Below are positions 22,405 to 33,842 of a DNA stretch of 64,000 nt, in pieces (within the stretch, counting starts at the first letter, position 1; the number at the start of each line of letters is the position of its first letter). The DNA is taken from the NCBI RefSeq assembly GCF_003334765.1, contig NZ_QOWT01000001.1; one strand, 5' to 3'. The notes under the pieces are model-generated. The model ran no database searches. It was given only the letters and a program-made list of their open reading frames with translations, and had not been told where the DNA came from. The stretch is from Escherichia coli. Lineage in GTDB: Bacteria; Pseudomonadota; Gammaproteobacteria; Enterobacterales; Enterobacteriaceae. The position numbers and the translations under genes are program-made.

Positions 22405-23529
22405 TTAGTCCTTAAACACCTGCGCCAGCAGATTATGGAAATGGGCGATACCATGTTCGGAAATGCCACTACCGCTACTGTCGGCCATGATGCGCCCCTG
22501 ACCACGATAGCCACGCGATTTCAGCCCTTTCTGTACGCTTTCAACCAGACGTAAATCTTCCGGACGGAACACATCGCGATACCACTCAATCAGCGATTTT
22601 TGCTCGTCGGTTAACTCTTCATTGGTGAAGTAAATATCGTAGTTTTGCAGGGTAGTTTCAGAATCCACCGGGAATTCATAAATGACCGTCATCATCCCTT
22701 TGATCGGGGTGACGTTCAGCATCGTGCACGGCCACAGCCAGAAACCGTGGAATGCCGCATCCGTACCCTCTTCAAATTTAAACGACTGTTCGGACGGTTT
22801 GGCGAAACCGTATTGCAGCGTCCAGTTACCGTGCATGGTGTGCCAGTAACGATCAACCTGTACGGAGTCGGAGAAACCTGGATGCGCCGGACCACAGTGA
22901 TAGCACTCGAGATAGTTATCGACAATGTTCTTCCAGTTGGCAGGCGTGCGGGTGGTAAAGCGGGCCGCCAGTTTCAGATCGTGGACTTCCGGGCAGGCTT
23001 CCAGCACTTTCGCGCCCAGGCCGGGTAATTGATCTTCTACGCTGGTGGCGTTGGGGTCCATGTTGATGAAGACGAATCCGGCATATTCTTCCAGACGCAC
23101 CGGAACCAGTTGCGCTTTGTCGCTATCGAAATTGGCGACGTTTTCGCAGTTACGTGCATGGGCCAGGTTGCCATCGAGTTTGAATGCCCATGCGTGATAC
23201 GGGCAGGTAATCACATTTTTTGCTTTTCCTTCACCGCTCAACAACTGATGACCACGGTGCGGACACACGTTATAGAACGCGCGCAAAACCTTATCACGAC
23301 CGCGTACCAGCACGATGCTTTCGCCAATGATCTCACGCGTCACATAATCATTGGCATTCGCCAGTTCGCTGCTGTGAGCGACGCAAATCCAGCTTTTGGC
23401 GAAGACGTTCTCTTTTTCGTGTTCAAACGCGTTCTGATCGGTATAAAAACGGGCAGGAATGGTCCACGCCTCTTGCGGGTTAGCGCAAAAATTTTCGGGT
23501 AGTACAAAGTCAGGGCTCAGATTGCTCAT
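22405..23529 (-). CDS. yeaW: Carnitine monooxygenase oxygenase subunit YeaW (Rieske non-haem iron oxygenase)
   Basis: Track ORF 22405-23649; start set at MSNLSPDF (374 aa); Rieske motif CPHRGHQL...CPYHAW. Confidence 0.88.
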   Translation of the reverse strand: MSNLSPDFVLPENFCANPQEAWTIPARFYTDQNAFEHEKENVFAKSWICVAHSSELANANDYVTREIIGESIVLVRGRDKVLRAFYNVCPHRGHQLLSGEGKAKNVITCPYHAWAFKLDGNLAHARNCENVANFDSDKAQLVPVRLEEYAGFVFINMDPNATSVEDQLPGLGAKVLEACPEVHDLKLAARFTTRTPANWKNIVDNYLECYHCGPAHPGFSDSVQVDRYWHTMHGNWTLQYGFAKPSEQSFKFEEGTDAAFHGFWLWPCTMLNVTPIKGMMTVIYEFPVDSETTLQNYDIYFTNEELTDEQKSLIEWYRDVFRPEDLRLVESVQKGLKSRGYRGQGRIMADSSGSGISEHGIAHFHNLLAQVFKD

Positions 23530-23560
23530 AGGGATACCTTTATCGTTAGGATGATGGCGC

Positions 23561-25006
23561 TCAGTTGTCGCCTTTGAATACGGTTCCCGCAGGGAGCACT
23601 GGCGTTTTTTCCAGGGCTTCAACCGGTGTCTGCGGGAGATAATGTTCAACTTGATGAGCCGGAATGTCGGCGTAATCCTGTTTCAGCCAGCGAATAAACC
23701 CGCCGACTTTCACCAGTAAAATGACGAGGAAGGGAAGGGCTGTGAGCACGACGGTGGTTTTCATCGTTTCCAGCGAAGCACCGGTAAACAAGATGGAAAG
23801 CGGGATCAGAGTGATCACCACGCACCAGAAAAGACGCAGCCCACGGTCAGGATCGTCACCTTCCTGGAGATTACGCGTACTGGTCGCCGCCATGGTGTAG
23901 GCCACTGCATCCATATGCGAGGCAAGGAAAATAATCATCACGCCCAGGTATGCGGCGAGGAACAATTTACCGGCTGGCAACGACATCAGAACTTGCTGTA
24001 CAGCTGTTTCGCCGCCCAGTGTTTCCAGCACCTGTGGGACGTTGATTACGCCATTGATAAACTGATGAATGGCATAGCTTTCCATTACGCCAAAGAAGAA
24101 CCAGCAACCGACGGTGCTGCCGAGGATCAGTCCCCAGATAACTTCTTTAATCTTACGACCGCGGGAAACGCGGGTGACAAACATTGCTACGCCAGGGGTG
24201 TATGAGATCCACCACAGCCAGTAGAAAACGGTCCAGTTGCGGGTAAATGAACCATCGCCAAGCGGATCGGTGAATAAGCTCATTTGCAGGAAGTTTTGCG
24301 TGGTCAGGCCGATGGCATTGATGATGCTGTTGGTAATAAATTCGGTTGGGCCGACAATCAGCACCAGTAATGGCAGCAGGAACGCGCCCCAGCCAACCAT
24401 TTTGCTCAGACGTTGCAAACCGTTGTTGATACCAATCCACGAGCTTAGGCAAAAAATGCCGCCGGAAAGCAGGATCACAAATGCCTGCACGGTGAAGTTA
24501 TCGGGTAAACCGGTCAGCGCGGAAAGCCCACGGGTAAAGGTTGCTGCGGTAACAACAAGGGAAATGGTCAGTGCGCCGACAGTGGCGATCAGGAACATCA
24601 AATCGACCAGTTTTCCCCATGGGCCTTGCGGGCGAACGCCGGTAATAGCAGCAATAATGCCGGAAAGGCTCAGACCTTTGTTTTTCCGCACATGAAAGTG
24701 ATAAGCCATGATTAATGAGGCCAGCGTATAAGTTGCCCAGGCGCTGATGCCCCAGTGGAAGAAAGAGTAGGGAACGCTAAATTCGAGTGCCTGTTGTGAA
24801 CGCGGTGCGATATTTAATCCAGGTGTTTGATAATAATAGGCCCATTCAGCAACCCCCCAATAAAGCGTAGAAGAACCTAAACCGGCACAAATAAACATAA
24901 ACAGCCAGGAGAGCGTGCTGTATTCCGGTTTTCCTTCGCCAAGACGAATATTGCCGTATTTACTGGTGGCTAAATAAATCACCAGTCCCATTGCCAGCAA
25001 AACCAA
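23561..25006 (-). CDS. yeaV: BCCT-family transporter YeaV
   Basis: 481-aa polytopic membrane ORF; recognised as YeaV. Confidence 0.88.
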
Positions 25007-25196
25007 TACCTGTACGGCGGAACCTAACGTACGCGTAACAAAATTTGCATGTTACATAAATTAAACAATTAAGAATACGGAAAGCCATAAAACACGAAAC
25101 GGAAACAATAAAAGGTGAAATGACGCAGGTTATTTACTGCAAAGAACGAATAAAAAAACCGCGTCAGTGACGCGGTTCAAATAAACTGGTTTGACC

Positions 25197-26282
25197 TTAA
25201 CGCAAAATAATTTTGCAAATCGCGTCGGCAACCTGTGGCGTGGTGGCATTGCCTTTCATATCAGGTGTTTTCGGCCCGTGAGCAATCACTTCTTCAATTG
25301 CTGCCAGAATACCGTTATGCGCTTGCTGGAAACGCTCATCGCCATTGCCGAGAAAATCGAGCATCATTGCCCCGGCCCAAATCGTGGCGATAGGGTTAGC
25401 AATATTTTTCCCGTAGATATCCGGCGCGGAACCGTGGACAGGCTCGAAGAGCGACGGGAAAGTGCGTTCCGGATTCAGGTTGGCGGATGGGGCAATGCCA
25501 ATGGTGCCGGTGCAGGCCGGGCCAAGATCGGAAAGGATATCGCCAAACAAATTGGACGCCACCACCACATCGAATCGTTCCGGCTGCATCACAAAACGCG
25601 CGCAGAGAATATCAATATGCTGCTTGTCCCAGCGGATCTCCGGGTAATTCTCGGCCATTGCTTCCACTCGCTCATCCCAGTACGGCATGCTGATGGCTAA
25701 ACCGTTCGATTTAGTGGCAGAAGTTAGTGTCTTACGTGGACGGCTTTGCGCAAGTTCGAAGGCATAACGCAAAATGCGATCGACACCACGGCGGGTAAAT
25801 ACCGATTCCTGAATGACGACTTCATGCTCTGTACCTTCATTCACTCTACCGCCGAGCGAGGAATATTCGCCTTCGGTGTTTTCCCTGACCACGTAAAAAT
25901 CGATGTCGCCAGGCTGTTTTCCCGCCAGCGGGCAGGGAACGCCAGGAAAGAGACGAACCGGGCGCAGGTTGACGTACTGGTCGAATTCACGACGAAATTT
26001 CAGCAGCGAACCCCACAACGAAATATGGTCCGGAACGGTATCCGGCCAGCCGACGGCACCAAAATAGATGGCGTCGAAACGGCTAAGTTGCTCATGCCAG
26101 TCGTCCGGCATCATTTTACCGTGATGGCTGTAATACTCGCAGCTCGCCCACTCCATTTGCTCAAAACTCAAGGCGAAGCCCCAGCGCTCAGCGGCAGCCT
26201 GTAACACGCGAATCCCTTCAGGAAGGACTTCTTTGCCAATCCCGTCTCCCGGGATCGCAGCAATACGCATCGTTTTCATCAT
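25197..26282 (-). CDS. dmlA: D-malate dehydrogenase (decarboxylating) DmlA (YeaU)
   Basis: 361-aa ORF of the isocitrate/isopropylmalate dehydrogenase family; recognised as DmlA. Confidence 0.9.
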   Translation of the reverse strand: MMKTMRIAAIPGDGIGKEVLPEGIRVLQAAAERWGFALSFEQMEWASCEYYSHHGKMMPDDWHEQLSRFDAIYFGAVGWPDTVPDHISLWGSLLKFRREFDQYVNLRPVRLFPGVPCPLAGKQPGDIDFYVVRENTEGEYSSLGGRVNEGTEHEVVIQESVFTRRGVDRILRYAFELAQSRPRKTLTSATKSNGLAISMPYWDERVEAMAENYPEIRWDKQHIDILCARFVMQPERFDVVVASNLFGDILSDLGPACTGTIGIAPSANLNPERTFPSLFEPVHGSAPDIYGKNIANPIATIWAGAMMLDFLGNGDERFQQAHNGILAAIEEVIAHGPKTPDMKGNATTPQVADAICKIILR

Positions 26283-26384
26283 TGGGTTCTCACTTCCTGA
26301 CCATCAAAATTGACAACATCACCATCCTATAATTGACTGAAAAGGAATTAATCCCCGTAACTGGTGAAACATAAAACACGAATC

Positions 26385-27308
26385 ATGAATAATTTACCGC
26401 TGCTGAATGATTTGCGCGTCTTTATGCTGGTGGCTCGCCGGGCTGGTTTTGCCGCCGTGGCGGAAGAACTGGGCGTTTCACCGGCGTTCGTCAGCAAGCG
26501 CATCGCCTTGCTGGAGCAAACGCTAAACGTGGTGTTGTTACACCGCACCACCCGCCGCGTCACCATTACCGAAGAAGGAGAGCGGATTTATGAATGGGCG
26601 CAGCGGATTTTGCAGGATGTCGGTCAGATGATGGACGAACTTTCTGACGTGCGTCAGGTGCCGCAGGGGATGCTGCGTATTATCAGCAGCTTTGGTTTTG
26701 GACGACAGGTGGTGGCTCCGGCGTTATCAGCGCTGGCGAAGGCGTATCCGCAACTGGAATTACGTTTTGATGTGGAAGACCGACTGGTCGATTTGGTCAA
26801 TGAAGGTGTCGATCTCGATATTCGCATTGGCGATGACATCGCCCCTAATTTAATCGCCCGCAAACTGGCGACCAATTACCGTATTCTCTGCGCGTCGCCG
26901 GAATTTATTGCGCAACATGGCGCGCCGAAACATTTAACCGATCTTTCTGCATTGCCGTGCCTGGTCATTAAAGAGCGCGATCATCCTTTTGGTGTCTGGC
27001 AATTACGCAATAAAGAAGGCCCCCATGCGATTAAAGTCACCGGCCCACTGTCGTCTAATCATGGAGAAATTGTCCATCAGTGGTGTCTCGATGGGCAGGG
27101 GATTGCTCTGCGTTCCTGGTGGGATGTTAGCGAAAACATTGCCAGTGGTCATTTAGTGCAAGTGCTACCGGAATATTACCAGCCAGCGAACGTCTGGGCC
27201 GTTTATGTTTCAAGGCTGGCGACGTCAGCGAAAGTGCGGATAACGGTAGAATTTTTACGCCAGTATTTTGCCGAGCACTACCCGAATTTTTCACTGGAGC
27301 ATGCCTGA
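26385..27308 (+). CDS. dmlR: LysR-family regulator DmlR (YeaT)
   Basis: Track ORF 26364-27308; start set at MNNLPLLNDLRVF (307 aa); N-terminal LysR HTH; divergent from dmlA. Confidence 0.85.
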   Translation: MNNLPLLNDLRVFMLVARRAGFAAVAEELGVSPAFVSKRIALLEQTLNVVLLHRTTRRVTITEEGERIYEWAQRILQDVGQMMDELSDVRQVPQGMLRIISSFGFGRQVVAPALSALAKAYPQLELRFDVEDRLVDLVNEGVDLDIRIGDDIAPNLIARKLATNYRILCASPEFIAQHGAPKHLTDLSALPCLVIKERDHPFGVWQLRNKEGPHAIKVTGPLSSNHGEIVHQWCLDGQGIALRSWWDVSENIASGHLVQVLPEYYQPANVWAVYVSRLATSAKVRITVEFLRQYFAEHYPNFSLEHA

Positions 27309-27365
27309 TTAATGATTCAATTATCGGGTTGATATCAGGTTAAAACCTGATTTTCTCCTTTCTAA

Positions 27366-28073
<708 letters not shown>

Positions 28074-28245
28074 TGCTTTCAGCCCGCGTTGTCGCGGGCT
28101 TCCCATCTATAATCCTCCCTGATTCTTCGCTGATATGGTGCTAAAAAGTAACCAATAAATGGTATTTAAAATGCAAATTATCAGGCGTACCCTGAAACGG
28201 CTGGAATAAACCGTTTTCAGCGCATTCACCGAAGGAGGGAAAAGG

Positions 28246-28605
28246 ATGCTTCAAATCCCACAGAATTATATTCATACGCGCTCAACGCCTTTCTGGAATA
28301 AACAAACTGCACCTGCCGGAATATTCGAACGTCATCTTGATAAAGGAACGCGCCCGGGGGTTTACCCACGCCTTTCCGTTATGCATGGGGCGGTCAAATA
28401 TCTCGGCTACGCTGATGAACACAGTGCAGAGCCTGATCAGGTGATCCTTATCGAAGCGGGGCAGTTTGCGGTGTTCCCTCCAGAAAAGTGGCACAACATT
28501 GAAGCCATGACTGACGATACTTATTTCAACATTGACTTCTTCGTGGCTCCTGAAGTCCTGATGGAAGGTGCGCAACAACGGAAAGTCATTCATAACGGGA
28601 AATGA
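28246..28605 (+). CDS. yeaR: DUF1971 protein YeaR
   Basis: 119-aa ORF recognised as YeaR; 3 bp upstream of yoaG. Confidence 0.88.
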   Translation: MLQIPQNYIHTRSTPFWNKQTAPAGIFERHLDKGTRPGVYPRLSVMHGAVKYLGYADEHSAEPDQVILIEAGQFAVFPPEKWHNIEAMTDDTYFNIDFFVAPEVLMEGAQQRKVIHNGK

Positions 28606-28608
28606 ATC

Positions 28609-28791
28609 ATGGGCAAAGCAACGTATACCGTGACCGTCACCAATAACAGCAATGGCGTTTCTGTCGATTATGAAACAGAGACGCCGATGACTTTGCTGGT
28701 GCCAGAAGTGGCGGCTGAAGTGATAAAAGATCTGGTGAATACCGTACGTTCTTATGACACGGAAAACGAACATGATGTTTGTGGTTGGTAA
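28609..28791 (+). CDS. yoaG: DUF1869 small protein YoaG
   Basis: 60-aa ORF recognised as YoaG; operon partner of yeaR. Confidence 0.85.
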   Translation: MGKATYTVTVTNNSNGVSVDYETETPMTLLVPEVAAEVIKDLVNTVRSYDTENEHDVCGW

Positions 28792-28938
28792 TTATCACTG
28801 ATCGTTGATGGCGCAATTTCTGCGCCATCGCAAAAAAAACCTCCGTGATGCTCGTCACAAATCTTGCCCTCCCGATGTTGTGCTATGCTTTTTATCAGCG
28901 ACTAACCCGCTAATGCAAAACAGATAAGTGAGGAAACA

Positions 28939-29187
28939 ATGGGCATTCTGTCATGGATTATTTTTGGGCTTATTGCCGGTATTCTGGCGAAGTGGATCAT
29001 GCCAGGTAAAGATGGAGGTGGATTCTTTATGACTATCCTGCTGGGGATAGTCGGTGCCGTAGTCGGCGGATGGATCAGCACGCTGTTTGGCTTTGGTAAA
29101 GTCGATGGCTTCAATTTTGGCAGCTTCGTGGTTGCCGTTATTGGTGCGATTGTCGTGCTATTTATCTACAGGAAGATTAAAAGTTAA
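28939..29187 (+). CDS. yeaQ: GlsB/YeaQ/YmgE-family small membrane protein YeaQ
   Basis: 82-aa Gly-rich hydrophobic ORF; recognised as YeaQ. Confidence 0.88.
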   Translation: MGILSWIIFGLIAGILAKWIMPGKDGGGFFMTILLGIVGAVVGGWISTLFGFGKVDGFNFGSFVVAVIGAIVVLFIYRKIKS

Positions 29188-29200
29188 CGCTTAAATTGCA

Positions 29201-29236
29201 CAAAGGCTGCACACAGGCAGCCTTTGCTATTTTTTA
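29201..29236 (+). terminator. Rho-independent terminator of yeaQ
   Basis: Stem caaaggctgc / gcagcctttg around loop acaca, followed by a 6-T run at 29231-29236. Confidence 0.65.
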
Positions 29237-29245
29237 GAGGTGACG

Positions 29246-29320
29246 TTACCACCATCCCAGCTCAGTGCCGAGTACGACAATAATCGCCACACCCATCATA
29301 ATAATCGTTGTTTTTTTCAT
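29246..29320 (-). CDS. yoaJ: Small membrane protein YoaJ (24 aa)
   Basis: Minus-strand ATG (plus cat 29318-29320) to TAA (plus tta 29246-29248) translates to MKKTTIIMMGVAIIVVLGTELGWW; GGAG Shine-Dalgarno upstream; not in track. Confidence 0.75.
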   Translation of the reverse strand: MKKTTIIMMGVAIIVVLGTELGWW

Positions 29321-29322
29321 CT

Positions 29323-29421
29323 TTATGCTCCCGGGGCAGCATAGCCGCCAATAAAAAACCATGCTAAAAATACGACCGCTGTAATGAAGATTACAACCGG
29401 AAAAATAATACCGATTCGCAT
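29323..29421 (-). CDS. yoaK: Small membrane protein YoaK (32 aa)
   Basis: Minus-strand ATG (plus cat 29419-29421) to TAA (plus tta 29323-29325) begins MRIGIIFPVVIFITAVVFLAW; abuts yoaJ; not in track. Confidence 0.75.
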   Translation of the reverse strand: MRIGIIFPVVIFITAVVFLAWFFIGGYAAPGA

Positions 29422-29453
29422 GTTATCACCAATCAAAAGGATGTGAATACGCC

Positions 29454-30481
29454 TCAGGAATGTAGCGCTGGATGCGCGACAAAAGGTGTTTTCTGTTTGT
29501 GTTTTTTCTCCTGATACATCGCAATATCGGCAGCATGCAGGGCACTGTCTGCATCGGTTGTTTCAGGATCGACTTCTACTATGCCAAGACTGGCACCGGG
29601 ATAATACAAATCAACATCACCTAAGTGATATTCTCCACGTATTTGCTGCTGAATGCGTTCTCGCAGCGACGAAATATCCGCATTCTCGTTGTTTAGTGAA
29701 ACAACTAAAAACTCATCACCGCCGAGACGACCAATAACTTCGCCATTTTGCTGGAGCGTATTAAGGCGCTCGCCAACCTGAATGAGAAACAGATCGCCAC
29801 TATTATGACCAAAACGATCATTGATTAATTTGAAGTTATCCAGATCGATAAACGCGATCATTATCTTATGGTTAAGATGCCGGGCGAGGGAAAACAGTGT
29901 CGTCAGATTTTCAAAAATCGCCCGCCGATTCGGTAGCCCGGTTAACGAGTCGGTATACGATTGCGCAATCAGCGCAGCATTGGCTTCGCGCAGCTGTTCA
30001 ACCAGTGCCTCTTTTTGAATATATTGTGCAATCAGTCCGGCGAATAACTGTAAAACCTGTTCCGCGCGTTCACTCCACTGGCGCTTCTCACTGCTGGCGG
30101 CGCAAAGCGTGCCATAGAATGATCCATCCGGTAAGTGAATTGGCGTGCTCAGAAATGTGGTGATGCCAAGATTGCGTGCCGCAATACAGTCACCCCAACG
30201 GTCGGGGACTTCATCGCTGAAAAAGCAGTTTTCATCAATGGCGCGTTTGCATAACGAGTAATCCCACGAGACGGTAAAATTCTCCGGGATGTACATTTTC
30301 TGGCTGTTACGGGCAAACATAATATGCTGCAGGCGCGCTTCGACATCCACTTTGGTCAGGTAGGTTGATTCCATATCAGTGACCATTTCCAGCATCTCCA
30401 GAAGCTGTCGGACCAGACTTTCCAGTGACTGTTCTTTGGCAAGGGATTGCGAGACGCGGGCGATAATCTGATCTGACACGG
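29454..30481 (-). CDS. dgcP: Diguanylate cyclase DgcP (YeaP), GAF-GGDEF
   Basis: Track ORF 29454-30608; start set at the GTG encoding VSDQIIARVSQ (341 aa) per remembered K-12 length; intact GGDEF motif RLGGDEFLV. Confidence 0.82.
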
Positions 30482-30661
30482 AACAACTCCAGGATACGGC
30501 GGGTAAATGCTGATTATTTAATCTTTGCAGGCATGATAAAACATCATCAACAAAGATGAAACAAGACGTAATATGTTTTGAGTGAATGTAATAAAAATAG
30601 TGCTGCAAAACAAAACGATACCGCGATACTCTAATCTTGGATAAATATGTGAGATCAATAA

Positions 30662-30916
30662 ATGAAAATTATCAGTTTTGTTCTGCCTTGCTTGCTGGTC
30701 CTGGCTGGTTGTTCAACCCCTTCTCAGCCAGAAGCACCTAAACCGCCGCAGATTGGTATGGCAAATCCGGCGTCGGTCTATTGCCAGCAGAAGGGCGGGA
30801 CGCTCATTCCAGTGCAGACAGCGCAAGGGGTCAGCAACAATTGCAAATTACCGGGCGGTGAAACGATTGATGAATGGGCATTGTGGCGGCGTGACCATCC
30901 GGCTGGTGAAAAATAA
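30662..30916 (+). CDS. yoaF: DUF333 lipoprotein YoaF
   Basis: 84-aa ORF with signal peptide and lipobox LAGC. Confidence 0.85.
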   Translation: MKIISFVLPCLLVLAGCSTPSQPEAPKPPQIGMANPASVYCQQKGGTLIPVQTAQGVSNNCKLPGGETIDEWALWRRDHPAGEK

Positions 30917-30937
30917 CCGCCGGATGCTGTACTAAAA

Positions 30938-31285
30938 TCACAAGCTACGTAGCCAGTCGGCCAGCACCAGCGCATGGTTCTGCGTGGTGTTTTTTGCTGA
31001 GTAGAGCAGGGTCAGCGGCTGTTTTTTGGCGATGTCCGCCAGCCGCTTTCCTTCTTGCTCGTGTTGCGCCAGTTCTGCAAGATATTGCTCGCGAAAGGTT
31101 GCATAATCGACGACTTCGCCGTGAAAGGCTTTGCGCAGTTCCGTTGACGGCGTGATTTCTTTATCCCACTCATCAAGGGCTAAATCGGTTTTTTTGATAC
31201 CGCGCGGCCAGAGGCGGTCGACCAGTATGCGATAACCATCGCTCTGTTCAGCCGGATCATAAACGCGTTTGCACTGAATATTCAT
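30938..31285 (-). CDS. yeaO: DUF488 protein YeaO
   Basis: Track ORF 30938-31306; start set at MNIQCKRVYD (115 aa). Confidence 0.82.
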   Translation of the reverse strand: MNIQCKRVYDPAEQSDGYRILVDRLWPRGIKKTDLALDEWDKEITPSTELRKAFHGEVVDYATFREQYLAELAQHEQEGKRLADIAKKQPLTLLYSAKNTTQNHALVLADWLRSL

Positions 31286-31339
31286 CGTGTTTGTTCTCCC
31301 TTTCACGCATGATTTGTTACGTCACTATAGCACCGGATA

Positions 31340-32521
31340 TTAGCGAATTTCTTTGTCTCTCCCGGCGCAAAGTCCGAAAATCGCCATCAGTAGTGAAAGT
31401 ATGGCAACACCCATAAGTGGTACAGACCAGTTACCGTTAGCATCGTGTATTTTACCCATCAGCGGCGGCCCACAGGCTGCCAACAAATACCCGACGGATT
31501 GTGCCATCCCCGAGAGTGCCGCCGCCTGATGCGCAGAACTAGCCCGCAGACCAATGAACGTCAACCCCAGTATCATTGTTGCGCCGGAACCAAAACCGAA
31601 AAGCAGAGTCCAGGTGATCGCGTGCGCTGGCATAAAGCAGAGCCCAACCGCGCCCACTGCGCACATCAAGGCAACGAACGCTGCAATACCACGCTGATCT
31701 TTCACATGATGTAAGAAAAGTGGGATCAGCAAACCGGGTGCTGCTGTGGCTAGTTGCAGCAAACCATGCAGTGAACCCGCCTGTGCTTCGCTATAGCCGT
31801 GACTGATGAGGATCGCCGGAAGCCAGCCAATAATCACGTAATAGACCAGTGAGTTGATCCCAAGAAACAATGTGACCTGCCAGGCAAGCGGCGAACGCCA
31901 GATACCCCGAGTATGTAAGGCGCGCGAGGTACTCAAATTTGCATGTTGTTGACTTCGCCACTGTGGCAGCCATAAAAAAAGAGCCAGCAGAGGAAAACAC
32001 ATCAGCATGAGCAACGCGCCTTGCCAGCCAAAACCGTTCAAAGCCAGCGGCACGACCATAGCCGATCCCAGTGCCGCTGCAGCTCCCATTGTCAGGGAAT
32101 ATGCGCCGGTAAGTCTGGCGACGGAATGAGGGAAATCGCGTTTAATTAATCCTGGCAGTAAGACATTGCCTAATGCAATCCCACCGCCAATGACCGCTGT
32201 ACCGCCAAATAATAAGTAAGGCGAAGGGAGAGAGCGAATTGCGATACCAGCACAGATCAAAAGTAACGCGGCAAACAGGCTACGTTCCATACCAAAACGT
32301 CGCGCTACCGGGGCAGCCAAAGGTGAGATTAGCGCAAAGGCCAATAATGGCAGGGTGGTCAATAAGCCGGTTTGCGCTGTCGTCAGCGAGTAAGCGGAAC
32401 GAATCGTATCCAGTAACGGTGCTGCGCCGGTAAAGGTGACGCGTAATGTTGTGGCAATCATCAGAATGCCAGCGATAAGGACAATCCTGTTTTTGCCGCT
32501 TAATGAAGTTGAACAGGTCAT
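31340..32521 (-). CDS. yeaN: MFS transporter YeaN
   Basis: 393-aa 12-TM-type ORF; recognised as YeaN. Confidence 0.88.
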   Translation of the reverse strand: MTCSTSLSGKNRIVLIAGILMIATTLRVTFTGAAPLLDTIRSAYSLTTAQTGLLTTLPLLAFALISPLAAPVARRFGMERSLFAALLLICAGIAIRSLPSPYLLFGGTAVIGGGIALGNVLLPGLIKRDFPHSVARLTGAYSLTMGAAAALGSAMVVPLALNGFGWQGALLMLMCFPLLALFLWLPQWRSQQHANLSTSRALHTRGIWRSPLAWQVTLFLGINSLVYYVIIGWLPAILISHGYSEAQAGSLHGLLQLATAAPGLLIPLFLHHVKDQRGIAAFVALMCAVGAVGLCFMPAHAITWTLLFGFGSGATMILGLTFIGLRASSAHQAAALSGMAQSVGYLLAACGPPLMGKIHDANGNWSVPLMGVAILSLLMAIFGLCAGRDKEIR

Positions 32522-32617
32522 ATGCTTCTCATTGTTACAAACGAGGCTGTACCTTACCGTTTTTATTGTTATGTTGAATCAAGCTAAAATGACAAATTAT
32601 CGCTAAGTTCGGACAAA

Positions 32618-33439
32618 ATGATGCACAGGTTGAATCTCAATGGCTATGAACCCGACCGACACCATGAAGCCGCGGTCGCATTTTGTATTCACGCCGGAAC
32701 GGATGAGTTAACCAGTCCTGTACATCAGCACCGCAAAGGACAGCTGATACTGGCGCTACATGGTGCAATTACCTGTACGGTGGAAAATGCTTTGTGGATG
32801 GTGCCGCCACAATATGCGGTTTGGATACCGGGCGGGGTGGAACATAGCAATCAAGTAACAGCTAATGCTGAACTCTGTTTTCTGTTTATCGAACCCAGCG
32901 CAGTGACAATGCCGACAACATGTTGCACATTGAAAATATCGCCCTTATGCCGGGAATTAATTTTAACCCTGGCAAACAGGACGACGACTCAGCGTGCTGA
33001 GCCAATGACCCGCAGATTAATTCAGGTCCTGTTTGATGAACTCCCTCAGCAGCCACAACAACAGCTGCACCTGCCCGTTTCTTCTCATCCTAAAATCCGC
33101 ACGATGGTGGAGATGATGGCGAAAGGGCCTGTCGAGTGGGGGGCATTGGGGCAATGGGCTGGCTTTTTTGCGATGAGTGAACGCAATCTTGCCCGACTGA
33201 TAGTAAAAGAGACGGGGTTGAGTTTTCGCCAGTGGCGTCAGCAGTTACAGCTGATTATGGCGCTTCAGGGATTAGTGAAAGGCGATACTGTACAGAAAGT
33301 TGCTCATACGCTGGGGTATGATTCAACAACGGCCTTTATTACTATGTTTAAGAAAGGCCTGGGGCAAACGCCAGGCCGATATATTGCGAGATTAACTACT
33401 GTTTCCCCACAATCAGCGAAACCAGACCCGCGGCAATAA
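32618..33439 (+). CDS. yeaM: AraC-family transcriptional regulator YeaM
   Basis: 273-aa ORF with cupin-like N-terminus and C-terminal AraC HTH; divergent from yeaN. Confidence 0.88.
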
Positions 33440-33842
33440 GCGGCCCAACCGGTACGCCGCGAAACAGCGCTACGCCTAAAACAGTGCCTACCAGCAGCCC
33501 GGCGACCAGTTGCGGCTGGCTGCCCATTAACGTCACGCCGCGCCCACCCAGCCAGGAGACAATCACGCCTACTGCAATCGCCACCAGTGATTTCCAGTTC
33601 AGAAACGAGTGAATCAAGGTTGAGGGCGGTAGCGTCCCGCTGGCGATGGGGGCCATAACGCCAATCGTCAGAATGATTATCCCGATACTTAGCCCCTGTT
33701 TTTCAATCCACGGAAAAAAGGTGCTTAACGGTGTGACGCGGACAATGATTAACACCAGAATTGAAACGGCGACAGTGGTGTTATGACTGATAAAGCCCAG
33801 CGCAGCTAACCCGAGCAGGATCAGCAAAGTGACATCAAACAT
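33396..33842 (-). CDS. yeaL: DUF441 inner membrane protein YeaL
   Basis: 148-aa hydrophobic ORF; its 3' end overlaps the yeaM 3' end by 44 bp. Confidence 0.85.

Noticed and set aside
28808-28840. Hairpin gatggcgca/tgcgccatc after yoaG as a yoaG terminator
   Set aside because: It is followed by an A-run, not a T-run, on the plus strand, so it is in the wrong orientation for an intrinsic terminator of yoaG; left unannotated.
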